Source: Candidatus Anstonellales archaeon (GTDB lineage Archaea; Micrarchaeota; Micrarchaeia; Anstonellales; J096). Taken from it: a stretch of 64,000 nt of DNA. The translations under genes were made by a program, and so were the position numbers. The notes beneath the pieces are model-generated. The model had not been told where the DNA came from, made no database searches, and saw only the letters and a list, made by a program, of their open reading frames with translations. The stretch spans positions 128,001 to 192,000 of the forward strand of contig JAWACY010000002.1 of NCBI GenBank assembly GCA_038896535.1, in the 5' to 3' direction. Shown here in pieces: positions 9,821-19,639 of the stretch (positions are counted from its first letter, which is position 1; each line of letters begins with the position of its first letter).

Positions 9821-11815
9821 TTAATAACCAATTTCATTATTTTTTAGTCTCATGATCTCTAGCTCATCTATATACTTTTTGAAGATTTTTAATAATATGG
9901 GCTTAACAATTTTCATAGACAAAATCCTTATAAATGAAGCTGGCGCTGAAAAAAGCGTTTTTATGCTTAGCCTTTCTTTTTTATCTTTTGAAACTTGTAT
10001 GTTCAATATGAAATTTCTTAAATTATCATTAGCATAAAATGCAATTAATTTTTCTGTTCTTATTATATGTAGCAGTTCAACATAGCTCTTAATCGATCTC
10101 TGCCCATATTTAATAAGAGATGAGATTATTGGCTCTTTAATATCATTTCTTGCGTATAACCCCTCAGCTTCAAACAACTTATTTAATTCATTTAGATAAT
10201 TTAAAAATGACCTATTATCATATAAGCTTTTTTTCTCTTCTATCAATCTATCCAAAAATGAAGCAGCGATATTTGACATAATGTTAAGCTTTGTAAAAAA
10301 TCCTATTTTGCTCTCTTTAAAAATATCTCTTATCTCATAAAAGTCTATATAGCTATCAGCATTTTTAACATAAAATGGCAAAAGATAAATTAATTTATTT
10401 CTTACAATAAATGAATAATCACCATCAATAAATTTGTAGAATTCAAACTCTTTGTACTTTTCATTTAATACTTTCAATACTTCATTATCAAAAGCTATGT
10501 TGCTGAACTGTTTTGTTTTTGCCATGCTATAAACAAAATCATTTATAATTTCATTAACAGCTCTGACTAAATATATATCGTTAATATTATCAGAATTGAG
10601 CGTTTTTATTAAATTACATACAAACATTGAATAATATAACAAAAATGCTTTTCGTTCTTTTTCTGATTCTGATATTGGGTCACTCTTATTTCTTTGCTTT
10701 CTGTAATCACTAACTTCATTCTTCACTTTTTCTTTTATTCTCCTAACTACAAAAATTGGGATGCCGGCATTATTAAAATAAGAATCAACGCTTTCTAATG
10801 CTGGGTTGGTCTGTTTAAATAATAGTTCATCATAAGCCTTATCCATAACTTCTATAAATAGTCTCTTCCTACGTTCATGCATTATATAGTTTTCAAGATT
10901 AATTGGTATTCTGTAATCAAGCATTGATAAGCTGCCCGTATCAATATTTAGCGCTAAAGATGGGGTGTATATTATTTCATTCATAACACAAATGCCCAAT
11001 GGCCTTAAAACTAATTTTCCTTTTTCAAAATTTACCACATCACACATCAATCTTAGTATTTTTTCATGTTCTGAGAATAAAGCATTTAGCCATTCATGCC
11101 TTACAGGCTTATAAAAAAGCCTTATTTTATCAAATCCATATTTAAAAGCCATATTCAGGGCAATTATTAACTGCATCGGGTTTCTAAATGCCTTATCTTC
11201 CTTAACATTATCCTGATCAAAATAATAATCTGGGTATTTTTTATCATTATTATTAAATTCCACATCATAGCAATTGTTTTTATCAGCACGGGTAAATTTA
11301 AAGCTATATGAGATTTGTAAATGTGTTCTATAATCATTTCCAACAATCATATACCTAGGCCCAGATAATGATAATAGGTCTTTTTTTATGTAATCTTGCC
11401 CATCTTCTTCATTTTTTGATTTTATATCAAATGCATTTTTTAATATAAAATGATGAATCCTTAAATAGCGCAACTCATTAACAATATCGCTTCCAAATAT
11501 GTAAATAAGTAACCTATCAAATTTCTCTGATACTGGGGGAAAATGTTCATTTAAAAATACTTTACTCGGGTGATAGCCATCTATGCCAATTATTTCTTGC
11601 CTAAACTCTGATAAATTTTTGTCTACTTCAAATATTTTATCTATTAATGTTCCAGCCACTTTTATTTGCTCTGCTAATTTAGCATTTAATTTGTCATAAA
11701 AACTGCTATCAGTTCTTAAAAAAATCTTCCTGCATTTTATGAGCTGTTTTTTCAAAGCTTGCAAATAATCATGTCTTTCAATTATTAATCTTTTTCTTGT
11801 ATCAAAGCCCCCCAT
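9821..11815 (-). CDS. Large hypothetical protein
   Basis: 664-aa ORF, no recognisable motif. Confidence 0.7.
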   Translation of the reverse strand: MGGFDTRKRLIIERHDYLQALKKQLIKCRKIFLRTDSSFYDKLNAKLAEQIKVAGTLIDKIFEVDKNLSEFRQEIIGIDGYHPSKVFLNEHFPPVSEKFDRLLIYIFGSDIVNELRYLRIHHFILKNAFDIKSKNEEDGQDYIKKDLLSLSGPRYMIVGNDYRTHLQISYSFKFTRADKNNCYDVEFNNNDKKYPDYYFDQDNVKEDKAFRNPMQLIIALNMAFKYGFDKIRLFYKPVRHEWLNALFSEHEKILRLMCDVVNFEKGKLVLRPLGICVMNEIIYTPSLALNIDTGSLSMLDYRIPINLENYIMHERRKRLFIEVMDKAYDELLFKQTNPALESVDSYFNNAGIPIFVVRRIKEKVKNEVSDYRKQRNKSDPISESEKERKAFLLYYSMFVCNLIKTLNSDNINDIYLVRAVNEIINDFVYSMAKTKQFSNIAFDNEVLKVLNEKYKEFEFYKFIDGDYSFIVRNKLIYLLPFYVKNADSYIDFYEIRDIFKESKIGFFTKLNIMSNIAASFLDRLIEEKKSLYDNRSFLNYLNELNKLFEAEGLYARNDIKEPIISSLIKYGQRSIKSYVELLHIIRTEKLIAFYANDNLRNFILNIQVSKDKKERLSIKTLFSAPASFIRILSMKIVKPILLKIFKKYIDELEIMRLKNNEIGY

Positions 11816-11948
11816 AAAATAAAATAGAATTCGTTTTTTAAAATTTTACTTCCAATAAGCAATTCACAATAATTCAAGATAAACTTTTACTCCTACTAAT
11901 CTCCAATTTATTCTTTCCCTTATTTTTCCAATGCTTTATCATTTTTTC

Positions 11949-13331
11949 TTATCTTTTGCCTGCTCTTATTATTTTTTGCCCAGCCGCCTTTCTTAATAGC
12001 TCAGCTATTTCTTTATAGACATTTTCAGCAGCCAATGTTAAAGCTGTTCTGCCTTTATTATCTTTAACATTGATATCTGCTCCTTTTTCTATTAATAATT
12101 TAACTCCCTCTAATTTAACTTTTTCTTTTTTGTTATTGTAACCATCAATAAGAGTCATTAAAGCAGTTTCTCCTCTATTATTTATGATATTTGGATTAAC
12201 GCCTGCTTTTAATAGTAATTCAGTTATTTCATTGGTTTCATGAATCCCATAAGTAGAATATATTAAAGCAGTATTGCCTTCTTTATCTTTAACATTGATA
12301 TCTGCTCCTTTTTCTATTAATAATTTAATTGCTTCTACATTACCGTAAGGAGTGTCAACAGCATAAATTAAAGCTGTTTTTTCTTCATCATCTCTTGCAT
12401 TTACATCTACTCCTTTTTCTATTAATAATTTAATTATCTCTATATAGCCTCTGTAAGCAGCTAACATTAAAGCTGTTCTGCCTTTATTATCTTTAGCATT
12501 TACATCTACTCCTAATTCTATTAATGATTTAACTGCTTTTTTATTGCCAATGTTAGCAGCATACATTAAAGCAATGGCCCCATATCTACTTTTAATGCTT
12601 TCTTTTGCTCCTGATTTTATTAATAATTCAAGTATTTCTACATCACCATTTGCTGCAAAATATACCAAAGCAGTATTGCCATATTTATCTTTAGCGTTTA
12701 CATCTATGCCTGATTTTATTAATAATTCAACTGCTTCTTTATTTTCATATTCAGAAAAAGCAGCATGCATTAAAGCTGTTCTGCCATCTATATCTTGAGC
12801 ATTTACATATGCCCCTAATTTTATTAATAATTTAATTGCCTCTGCATTGCCTCTTGAAGCGCTATAAATTAAAGCTGTCCTGCCTTTATTATCTTGAGCA
12901 TTTACATATGCCCCTTTTAACAAAGCTTTGACAATCATGGCAATTTTTCTCTTTCGACAATTAACCATTAGTTTTCCGTTTTCTTTCTGGATCTGCACAA
13001 ATCTATAATATTTTTTTAATTTTGCATTTATTTCTTCATTTATCTCCTTAAAAGCAATTGCTAATATTCCACTTTCATCATTTATTACTCTTTCTGCTAT
13101 TTCCTTATACCTCTTCTGTCTGGCTAAGCTAAGGATTTCCTTCTTTTTTTCTTCTATTGTATTTTTTATCGTATTTTTTTCCTCATCTACTAATGGCTGC
13201 TTATTATGAAATGCATTACCATATTTATTAGAATTAGATACATTATTTCCTTCTTGCTTTACATTGTTCCCTTCTTGCTTTACTACTTTAATCACATTTT
13301 TAATTTCTCCACTTCCCATCATCTTACCCAA
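11949..13331 (-). CDS. Ankyrin repeat protein (about 9 repeats)
   Basis: Repeated GxTAL..AA..G..E..KLLI..GADVNA.D units; start may be the ATG at 13322 or 13319. Confidence 0.95.
   Translation of the reverse strand: MGKMMGSGEIKNVIKVVKQEGNNVKQEGNNVSNSNKYGNAFHNKQPLVDEEKNTIKNTIEEKKKEILSLARQKRYKEIAERVINDESGILAIAFKEINEEINAKLKKYYRFVQIQKENGKLMVNCRKRKIAMIVKALLKGAYVNAQDNKGRTALIYSASRGNAEAIKLLIKLGAYVNAQDIDGRTALMHAAFSEYENKEAVELLIKSGIDVNAKDKYGNTALVYFAANGDVEILELLIKSGAKESIKSRYGAIALMYAANIGNKKAVKSLIELGVDVNAKDNKGRTALMLAAYRGYIEIIKLLIEKGVDVNARDDEEKTALIYAVDTPYGNVEAIKLLIEKGADINVKDKEGNTALIYSTYGIHETNEITELLLKAGVNPNIINNRGETALMTLIDGYNNKKEKVKLEGVKLLIEKGADINVKDNKGRTALTLAAENVYKEIAELLRKAAGQKIIRAGKR
13123..13221. repeat. 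99-bp dispersed repeat, copy 1 (N-terminal block of ankyrin gene)
   Basis: 97/99 identical to 29356-29454 by manual alignment. Confidence 0.95.
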
Positions 13332-13476
13332 ATAAATAGGTTTATATTTATTTTATAGCAGTTTTTAAAAATGTATTTTTTATTTATTTTTTATTTTCAT
13401 TTATTTTGCTGTTATTAAGCAATTGTCGAAATGTATGGTTAAAGATTTTAAAAATGGAAGAAATATTAAACAATGC

Positions 13477-13842
13477 ATGAAAACAAACACAACAAATACA
13501 ATAACAAAAGGAGTAAATAGATTGGAAAATTGGCAGAGACAGGAAAATGAGCAGGAGAAAAAAGAGAAAAATGGGCAAATAGGAAAAGATAAATCAAATA
13601 AAAAAGACAAATTTATAGAAGCAATAAAAAGAGGAGATATTACATCTGTTGAGAGGTATTTAAAAAATGGGGTTAATCCAAACACAAAAGAAAAGAGAAC
13701 AGGGTTTTATGCTGTTGAAGTTGCTATATGGTTCGGGAAAGAAAACATAGTAGAATTATTAAAAGAATATGGAGCAAACATGAAAATAGCAGAAGATTTC
13801 AGAAAAAAAATAGAACTTGGGCCTCTTTTTCCGTACTTTTAA
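13477..13842 (+). CDS. Short ankyrin repeat protein
   Basis: AIKRGDITSVERYLKNGVNPN...AIWFGKENIVELLKEYGAN. Confidence 0.8.
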   Translation: MKTNTTNTITKGVNRLENWQRQENEQEKKEKNGQIGKDKSNKKDKFIEAIKRGDITSVERYLKNGVNPNTKEKRTGFYAVEVAIWFGKENIVELLKEYGANMKIAEDFRKKIELGPLFPYF

Positions 13843-13879
13843 ATTTTTTTAAATATTTTTTAAACTATTTAATTAAAGA

Positions 13880-14401
13880 TTAATGCCCATCTTTGATGCC
13901 CATCTTTGATAATATATAATTAGATATGTGCTTTGCATTTTCGCCTAAAAGAAAAACAGGGCCCTTGTCTTTTATCCCATACGTTATAACATGCTCTTTT
14001 GTAGCATAAGCCATAAATGCAAGCCCTGCAATATCTTCTTCTCCTTTTATCAATAAAGCTCCGCCATTTAGCATTAAATGTTTGGCAATGCCCAAAAGCT
14101 CTTTATTAAATGTCCCAGCATTATTTTTTGCCTGCATTATATGCCTGAATGTTTGCTTTAACCTTGCTTTATCTTCTTCTCTTATTTCTTTTCTCAAATT
14201 CCTAAAATCGAATACAGCGACAAAGGGCTTAAACCCATAATCTAAACATGATAGCGTTACAACATCTCCTACGCATACTAAATTTCTATTATTGGCTTGA
14301 GCAAAATCAATAATATTGTTAATATCGCAAATACTTCCAAATGGACTTGCTAAAACTTTCCTGAGCTCTTCATTTATTTTTATTTCCATTTTATCATGCA
14401 C
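13880..14401 (-). CDS. DUF359 family GTP-dependent dephospho-CoA kinase
   Basis: VCVGDVVT, NNAGT, IKGEEDIA, YG motifs. Confidence 0.88.
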   Translation of the reverse strand: MHDKMEIKINEELRKVLASPFGSICDINNIIDFAQANNRNLVCVGDVVTLSCLDYGFKPFVAVFDFRNLRKEIREEDKARLKQTFRHIMQAKNNAGTFNKELLGIAKHLMLNGGALLIKGEEDIAGLAFMAYATKEHVITYGIKDKGPVFLLGENAKHISNYILSKMGIKDGH

Positions 14402-14432
14402 TAAAAGCTAATAAAAGGAAGCTAATAAAAAG

Positions 14433-14792
14433 CTAATCCCTTGTAATATCGAAAATTGTTTTTATGCCAACAATCAATATTACTGGGGCTAGAAAGAGTA
14501 TTAATGCTTTTAAAAATAGTAGTAATGGCTCGGTTATAAATGCTGGCATTATATCGCTTGTTAAATTGCTCTTTAAAAATTCACTTGCAATTATAACTGC
14601 TGTGACTGAAACAAGCAGTTTTACAACCTCTTCTGGTGTTATATTCAATAAGCCCACTATAAAACCAAACAATAATATTGAGATTAATATGATATTGTTT
14701 TGTAGGAATACATAAACAACACAAGCTATTATTCCAACAATAAAAGATGTCGTCCCTATAATATCAAAAATATTTGTTTTCTGCTCAGGCAT
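14433..14792 (-). CDS. Small integral membrane protein
   Basis: Four hydrophobic segments; GFIVGLLNIT motif. Confidence 0.75.
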   Translation of the reverse strand: MPEQKTNIFDIIGTTSFIVGIIACVVYVFLQNNIILISILLFGFIVGLLNITPEEVVKLLVSVTAVIIASEFLKSNLTSDIMPAFITEPLLLFLKALILFLAPVILIVGIKTIFDITRD

Positions 14793-14806
14793 TCAACCAC
14801 CAAAAA

Positions 14807-15025
14807 TCAAAGGGAATAAATATAGACTATTGAATCTCCTCTTAAAAACATCTTTTCAGCATTTATTTCCTGGCCGTTTTCAAGCTTCATATTAACTTTT
14901 AGCAATGATAGGTTTAAATGTATGTCATATGCAACAAGCTTTGCTTTTATTTCTCTATTCCCTTTTATGCCTATAACAACATCTTTGCCAACCATCTCAT
15001 TTATATAATCAAAGGGTTTTGCCAT
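14807..15025 (-). CDS. Archaeal Sm-like (Lsm) protein
   Basis: Sm1 LVAYDIHLNL and Sm2 FLRGDSIVYI. Confidence 0.93.
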   Translation of the reverse strand: MAKPFDYINEMVGKDVVIGIKGNREIKAKLVAYDIHLNLSLLKVNMKLENGQEINAEKMFLRGDSIVYIYSL

Positions 15026-15042
15026 TTTATCAACCTTCTTAT

Positions 15043-15357
15043 TTAACTGCTTGATTGTTGATTACTTTGTTTAGCATCATTTAAAAAACCTTCCCTTTTT
15101 TGTATGTAAACTGGCTCGACTCTTTTTAATACTTCCTTGTCAGCATAAACATAAAATGTTACCCTTATTGCCCTCAAACCAGCCCTTTGTTCTATTTTCT
15201 TAATTATAGTTAACTCTGGGTCTTTTCCAATAGCTGATATTATAGCACTTTTTATCTCTGCTCTTGTTGGGGTTGCTTTATCAAAATGCAAATCAGCAAT
15301 ATATTCTTCCCTTCCTATTGCATTATTATCATTTTTTGTTATTATATTTATTTTCAT
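15043..15357 (-). CDS. rps24e: 30S ribosomal protein eS24
   Basis: NNAIGREE..TPTRAEI..VEP pattern. Confidence 0.9.
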   Translation of the reverse strand: MKINIITKNDNNAIGREEYIADLHFDKATPTRAEIKSAIISAIGKDPELTIIKKIEQRAGLRAIRVTFYVYADKEVLKRVEPVYIQKREGFLNDAKQSNQQSSS

Positions 15358-15361
15358 CTTA

Positions 15362-15763
15362 TCACTCTTTAAATACTCTTAAAACTGCTTTTCTGCCTAA
15401 TGCTTCCATAACTTCTATCTCTTTGCCTTCTGCGACCTCATTTTTTAGCTCATCTGGAATTATCACATCAAATGTTTCATAATTATCTTTATCCATTACA
15501 TTAGCGATATTGCCATTTATTGCTAAAACCTGTGCTGTTCTCTTTTTAACAACAGGCACTTCAACACTTGCATCAGTAGGCACTAAGAGTGTCTTTTTTT
15601 GATTATCAAATATGCCTATTGCAGTAACTCTCATTTTTGCTGAGCCATGCTTGCCTGGTTTTGACACTTCTATGCTTACAACTTTGCAAGGAATGTCATC
15701 AATAACTACAAACCTCCCGACTTTCAATTCTTTTGCTTCAACCTTTATTACTTCATCTGTCAT
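15362..15763 (-). CDS. eif5a: Translation factor aIF5A
   Basis: Hypusine loop SKPGKHGSAK. Confidence 0.97.
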   Translation of the reverse strand: MTDEVIKVEAKELKVGRFVVIDDIPCKVVSIEVSKPGKHGSAKMRVTAIGIFDNQKKTLLVPTDASVEVPVVKKRTAQVLAINGNIANVMDKDNYETFDVIIPDELKNEVAEGKEIEVMEALGRKAVLRVFKE

Positions 15764-16248
15764 AACAATCCCCTTGATTTTCTGCCTGCTTTTGTTAAGC
15801 CTCTGAATGCCCTGCCTGTTCTTTTTACTACATTTGAAGCATGCTTATCTTTAACATCTCTGGTAGCAAGCAAAACCTCATAAAATACATGCTGTCCATC
15901 TTCCCCAACATAATAACTTCCTAAAACTTCTGCATTTCTGTGCTTTCTAGCAACCCTTTGTTCAGCAATTGCCTGCTTATTCAATGAGGTTTGAATATAT
16001 CTATAATTATGCCTAGCTTTTCTTCCTGCCTTTGGAGATGGTCTTTTTCTAAGCCCTTTTTTAACCATGCATCTAACAACAAAAAATCCTTTTTTCGCCT
16101 TATATCCAAGCGCTCTAGCCCTTTCAGGATTTAAAGGCTTATCTACTCTTACAATTGCGCCTTGCTTTCTCCATTCAGCAAGCCTGTTTTTGTAGTAATC
16201 AGGCCTTGTCTTAAATGTTTGTTGAAAATTCTTCATTATATGTCCCAT
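15760..16248 (-). CDS. rpl15e: 50S ribosomal protein eL15
   Basis: RARALGYKAKKG, AEQRVARK..EVLGSYYVGEDG, GRAFRGLT. Confidence 0.96.
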   Translation of the reverse strand: MGHIMKNFQQTFKTRPDYYKNRLAEWRKQGAIVRVDKPLNPERARALGYKAKKGFFVVRCMVKKGLRKRPSPKAGRKARHNYRYIQTSLNKQAIAEQRVARKHRNAEVLGSYYVGEDGQHVFYEVLLATRDVKDKHASNVVKRTGRAFRGLTKAGRKSRGLL

Positions 16249-16257
16249 ATTACCGCC

Positions 16258-16635
16258 TCATGCTTCTTTATTTATGATCATAATTGCCTTTGCGATATCG
16301 CCTTTTGCTTTTTTTAATGCCTGTTCAGCTATTTCTTTGCTTACATTTGCCTGCTTTGACACAAAATCTACATCAGCAGCATTTATTTTATAAACTTCTT
16401 GCATTTCTTGCCTTTCTTCTCCAGCTTCATGTTTTTCCTTTTCTTCCTTTATTACCTTGCCTTCTACTATAAATGTTTTTTTGCCTGCCTGTTCCATTTC
16501 AATTACTGAAGGCGTTTCTATCTTTATTTCATGTTTTGTTGTTTTAATAATAACTTCAACTGCATCAATACTATCAACCTTTATACCGGCCTGCTTGAGC
16601 ATTGCCATCATTTTTTCTCTACTCATACCAAACAT
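16258..16635 (-). CDS. nac: Nascent polypeptide-associated complex protein
   Basis: MLKQAGI..IDAVEVII and UBA-like DVDFV..A..AL...GDIAKAI. Confidence 0.92.
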   Translation of the reverse strand: MFGMSREKMMAMLKQAGIKVDSIDAVEVIIKTTKHEIKIETPSVIEMEQAGKKTFIVEGKVIKEEKEKHEAGEERQEMQEVYKINAADVDFVSKQANVSKEIAEQALKKAKGDIAKAIMIINKEA

Positions 16636-16651
16636 GTTCTCATCTCTATAA

Positions 16652-17245
16652 TCATGCTGCTATAATTTTTTGCTCGCTTTTCCTTACAATAACATGTGAA
16701 ACTGGATTTATCTTATTAAGCTCTCTTCCTAAATCCTTTGCAAATGTATCTAATAATATACTCTTTATTAACTCTTCTCTTGTTTTACTGCTTGCTGCTT
16801 TTAAAACAAATGCCTTTGCTGCTTTTCTAAGATTTTTCTTTACTACTTCTGAAACTTTTCTCAATGTTATTATGACAATCTTAAGCCTTATTTTCTGCCC
16901 ATCATTTGTATTGACATCAATGACTTCATGTATAACACTCCTATGTTTTCTTGCAAGGCTCCTTAAATATGATTGTGCAACTTCATGGCCTATGAATTCT
17001 GTTTTTACTGTTCCTTGGCCGAGTTCAATTACTCTTAACAAAACTGTTGTATAAAGGCTTAAAGGAGATGCCTTTATATCTTCAAGCTCGTTCAAAGCCA
17101 CTTTTATTATTCTATTTATTACTGTATCCTTCCTTCCTATAAGCTCACCAACTTGTTTATTATTAAATAATGCTGGAGCAATGATAGCATATTCAGTTTT
17201 TTGTTTTCCTTTTTCTGCTTTTGCTGCTCTTGTTCTTCTTGCCAT
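16652..17245 (-). CDS. rps3ae: 30S ribosomal protein eS1 (S3Ae)
   Basis: YAIIAPALF, TEFIGHE..YLRSLARK, KINPV..VIVRKSE. Confidence 0.92.
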   Translation of the reverse strand: MARRTRAAKAEKGKQKTEYAIIAPALFNNKQVGELIGRKDTVINRIIKVALNELEDIKASPLSLYTTVLLRVIELGQGTVKTEFIGHEVAQSYLRSLARKHRSVIHEVIDVNTNDGQKIRLKIVIITLRKVSEVVKKNLRKAAKAFVLKAASSKTREELIKSILLDTFAKDLGRELNKINPVSHVIVRKSEQKIIAA

Positions 17246-17258
17246 TTTATCACTCTTA

Positions 17259-17720
17259 TTATGCTCTTATAAGTGCTGCTGCCTCTTCTGGGTCATATTT
17301 CCATGTAGCACTTATCTCGCCTTTTTTCTTATAATATGAAGCAAGCCTGTTTATTTTGCTCAAAATATGGTTATATTTAACCCTATTTGCAATGTCCTTC
17401 TTATTCTTTTTCAAATGCTCCCATAACCTGACAGCTTTTCTAATTAAGTTAAGCATGTCCTCAGGCATTTTTGTATATATTTTTTCCTGCTTGAGAAATT
17501 GTTTCATGCTAACTCCTGTAAGCCCTTTGAATGAAGGCACACCATACTGGTCTCTTAAAATTACTCCTATATTTGCAGTACTATTGCCCTGCCTAAAAAG
17601 TTTTTTTACAATGTCCTTTGCCTCTTCTGCATTTAACTGCGCAAATGCTGGACTGCTTTTCTTCCTGCCAGCAAATTTACTTGAACTTTTTCCTTTTTTC
17701 TTTGAATGCAATCTTGCCAT
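17259..17720 (-). CDS. rps15: 30S ribosomal protein uS15
   Basis: MARLHSKKKGKSSS, IGVILRDQYGVP, PEDMLNLIRKA, SKINRLASYY. Confidence 0.96.
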   Translation of the reverse strand: MARLHSKKKGKSSSKFAGRKKSSPAFAQLNAEEAKDIVKKLFRQGNSTANIGVILRDQYGVPSFKGLTGVSMKQFLKQEKIYTKMPEDMLNLIRKAVRLWEHLKKNKKDIANRVKYNHILSKINRLASYYKKKGEISATWKYDPEEAAALIRA

Positions 17721-18035
17721 TTAATCACCCAATTCAATCATATTTTCTTTATACCCCATCTTTATGAGCAATTCTTTTGCCTTTTTTTTATGCTCACCTT
17801 GCAACATTATCTTATCATCTTTTAAAGACCCACCGCAAGCAAGTTTTGATTTCAACTGCTTGAAAATTTCTTTTATCTGGCTCTTTTCTATGCCTTCAAC
17901 AATTGTTATAAATTTCTTGAACTTTGCTTTTGCAGTATATATTTTTATTCTTTTAACCGCTCCTTCTCTTGTCAATGTATCACAAACGCAAAGTTCAAGT
18001 GGTAAATTACATGTAGGACATTTTTCTCCTATTAT
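17721..18035 (-). CDS. sui1: Translation initiation factor aIF1/SUI1, probable non-AUG (ATA) start
   Basis: LKSKLACGGS..IMLQGEH core; frame extends upstream of the called TTG to the Zn-knuckle CPTCNLPLELCVC; no in-frame ATG before the stop at 18051-18053. Confidence 0.92.
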   Translation of the reverse strand: MIGEKCPTCNLPLELCVCDTLTREGAVKRIKIYTAKAKFKKFITIVEGIEKSQIKEIFKQLKSKLACGGSLKDDKIMLQGEHKKKAKELLIKMGYKENMIELGD

Positions 18036-18038
18036 AAT

Positions 18039-18050
18039 ATCAACCTCCTC
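18039..18050 (-). promoter_or_regulatory. Shine-Dalgarno sequence GAGGAGGTTGAT of aIF1
   Basis: AGGTTGAT-att-ATA matches AGGTTGAT-aaa-ATG of the Lsm gene in sequence and spacing. Confidence 0.7.
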
Positions 18051-18068
18051 TTACTGCCATTATATATT

Positions 18069-18257
18069 TTAACTTGCATAACCTCCTTTTTCAAACTCTT
18101 TACCATGTATGAATGTTATTATTCTTGCTCGCATCCTTTTTAATTTCTTTATTTTCACTTCATCCTGGGCTGATAAAGCAAGCATCTCCTTCTCAATATT
18201 TTCAAGCTGCTTTTTCAGCTCATCAACAGGCATTGATTTCAATTCTTTTTTCTTCAT
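18069..18257 (-). CDS. rpl29: 50S ribosomal protein uL29
   Basis: ELKSM..DEL..L..KIKKLKRMRARIIT; position after uS3. Confidence 0.9.
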   Translation of the reverse strand: MKKKELKSMPVDELKKQLENIEKEMLALSAQDEVKIKKLKRMRARIITFIHGKEFEKGGYAS

Positions 18258-18265
18258 TCTACCAC

Positions 18266-18919
18266 CTAATTATTTTGCTCCTGCTGCTCTTGGCTTTGTT
18301 TTTCATTTTCTTGATCTGCATATATCTCTGGCTTAACAAGCCTTGCAATCTCCTTTCTGGCTATTCTTACTGTTATGCCAATAATACCAGATTTCGTCAA
18401 TGCTCCATACTTATAAACACCAACATATCTTGATACATCCCCCGCTTTTGGTACAAATCCAGCACTCACTTTTATACTTTTTGCCTTGCTTCCCTTTGCA
18501 CCAAGCTTTCCACCAGCAATTATTTCAACCCCCAAAGCTCCAGCGTTCATTACAGAACGCATAAGCTTATTAAGAACTGCCTTTACTTTTTCTCCTCTTT
18601 CTATTGCATTTGCTGCTCTTTTTGCAACAATCCTTGGCTCAAGCCATGGCTCTTTGACATCTATTACTGTTATATTAGGATTGTCTATGCCAAAATCATT
18701 TTTTATTTTTTCAACAATGCTCTGTATTTTCCTGCTTTTTTTATTCATCAATCTCTTTGGATCAAGCATCTCTATATATATTCTTGTCTCTACCGGGCTC
18801 TTTTGTATTATAACATTAGCAACAAGCACATTATCAAGCTCTTTTTCAAGAAATTCTGCAATCATGGATTTTTTTATTGCATCTGATATAAATTTATTTT
18901 TTATACTTGTCATAACCAT
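18266..18919 (-). CDS. rps3: 30S ribosomal protein uS3
   Basis: KH domain; VMNAGALGVEIIAGGKL; KSGIIGITVRI. Confidence 0.95.
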   Translation of the reverse strand: MVMTSIKNKFISDAIKKSMIAEFLEKELDNVLVANVIIQKSPVETRIYIEMLDPKRLMNKKSRKIQSIVEKIKNDFGIDNPNITVIDVKEPWLEPRIVAKRAANAIERGEKVKAVLNKLMRSVMNAGALGVEIIAGGKLGAKGSKAKSIKVSAGFVPKAGDVSRYVGVYKYGALTKSGIIGITVRIARKEIARLVKPEIYADQENEKQSQEQQEQNN

Positions 18920-18933
18920 ATTATCACCACATA

Positions 18934-19635
18934 CTATTTATCAATATCTTCATGCCCTTCGCCTTTTTCTTTTTCTCTGCTCTTTTTTTCTCTTGCTTTT
19001 CCTTTTTTGTCTTTGCTTTCTTTTTGTTTGCTTTCTTTTTGTTTTTCTTTTTCTTTGCTTTCTGCTTTTATACTTTCCTGACTTTGACTTGTTTCTCTTC
19101 CTTCTGTCTGCTTTGGCTCTTGCTTCTCCTTTAATTCCTGCTTCTTCTCCTTTAATTCCTGCTTCGGTTTTACTGGCTTTGCTCCTTTTTGCATTACAAC
19201 AATTTCAAGCCTTGCTAATTCATAAGACCTTGGCATCCTCCTTCCCTTTGGTTGCATTCTTCTATATGCCGCTTTTTTATTAGCGCATGCATGAGCAATA
19301 AAAAGCATTTCTTCATTTGCTCCTTTTCTAACTGCATTTGCAATAGCATCTTTTAATAAAGACAAAACATATTTTACTGCTTTTACTGGATATCTGCCTT
19401 TTCTGCCGTTCAATTCTTTTCTATGAGCAAGCTTTTTATTATGGGTTTTATAAAAAATAGGGGTTTTTCCTTCTTTCCCAAGAGAAGCTTTTTCAAGAAA
19501 AACAATGGCTTTTTGAACATTCATATTTCTTATATTATTACAAACTTGACAAAGATCCTTGAATGAAGCATTAATTGCCTCATTCCTTGCTTTTCCTACA
19601 ATATTATTTTCTTCATCAAATTTCATTGTATACAT
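18934..19635 (-). CDS. rpl22: 50S ribosomal protein uL22 with K/E/Q-rich C-terminal extension
   Basis: SFKDLCQVCNNIR, GRYPVKA, PKGR motifs. Confidence 0.93.
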   Translation of the reverse strand: MYTMKFDEENNIVGKARNEAINASFKDLCQVCNNIRNMNVQKAIVFLEKASLGKEGKTPIFYKTHNKKLAHRKELNGRKGRYPVKAVKYVLSLLKDAIANAVRKGANEEMLFIAHACANKKAAYRRMQPKGRRMPRSYELARLEIVVMQKGAKPVKPKQELKEKKQELKEKQEPKQTEGRETSQSQESIKAESKEKEKQKESKQKESKDKKGKAREKKSREKEKGEGHEDIDK

Positions 19636-19639
19636 GTTA

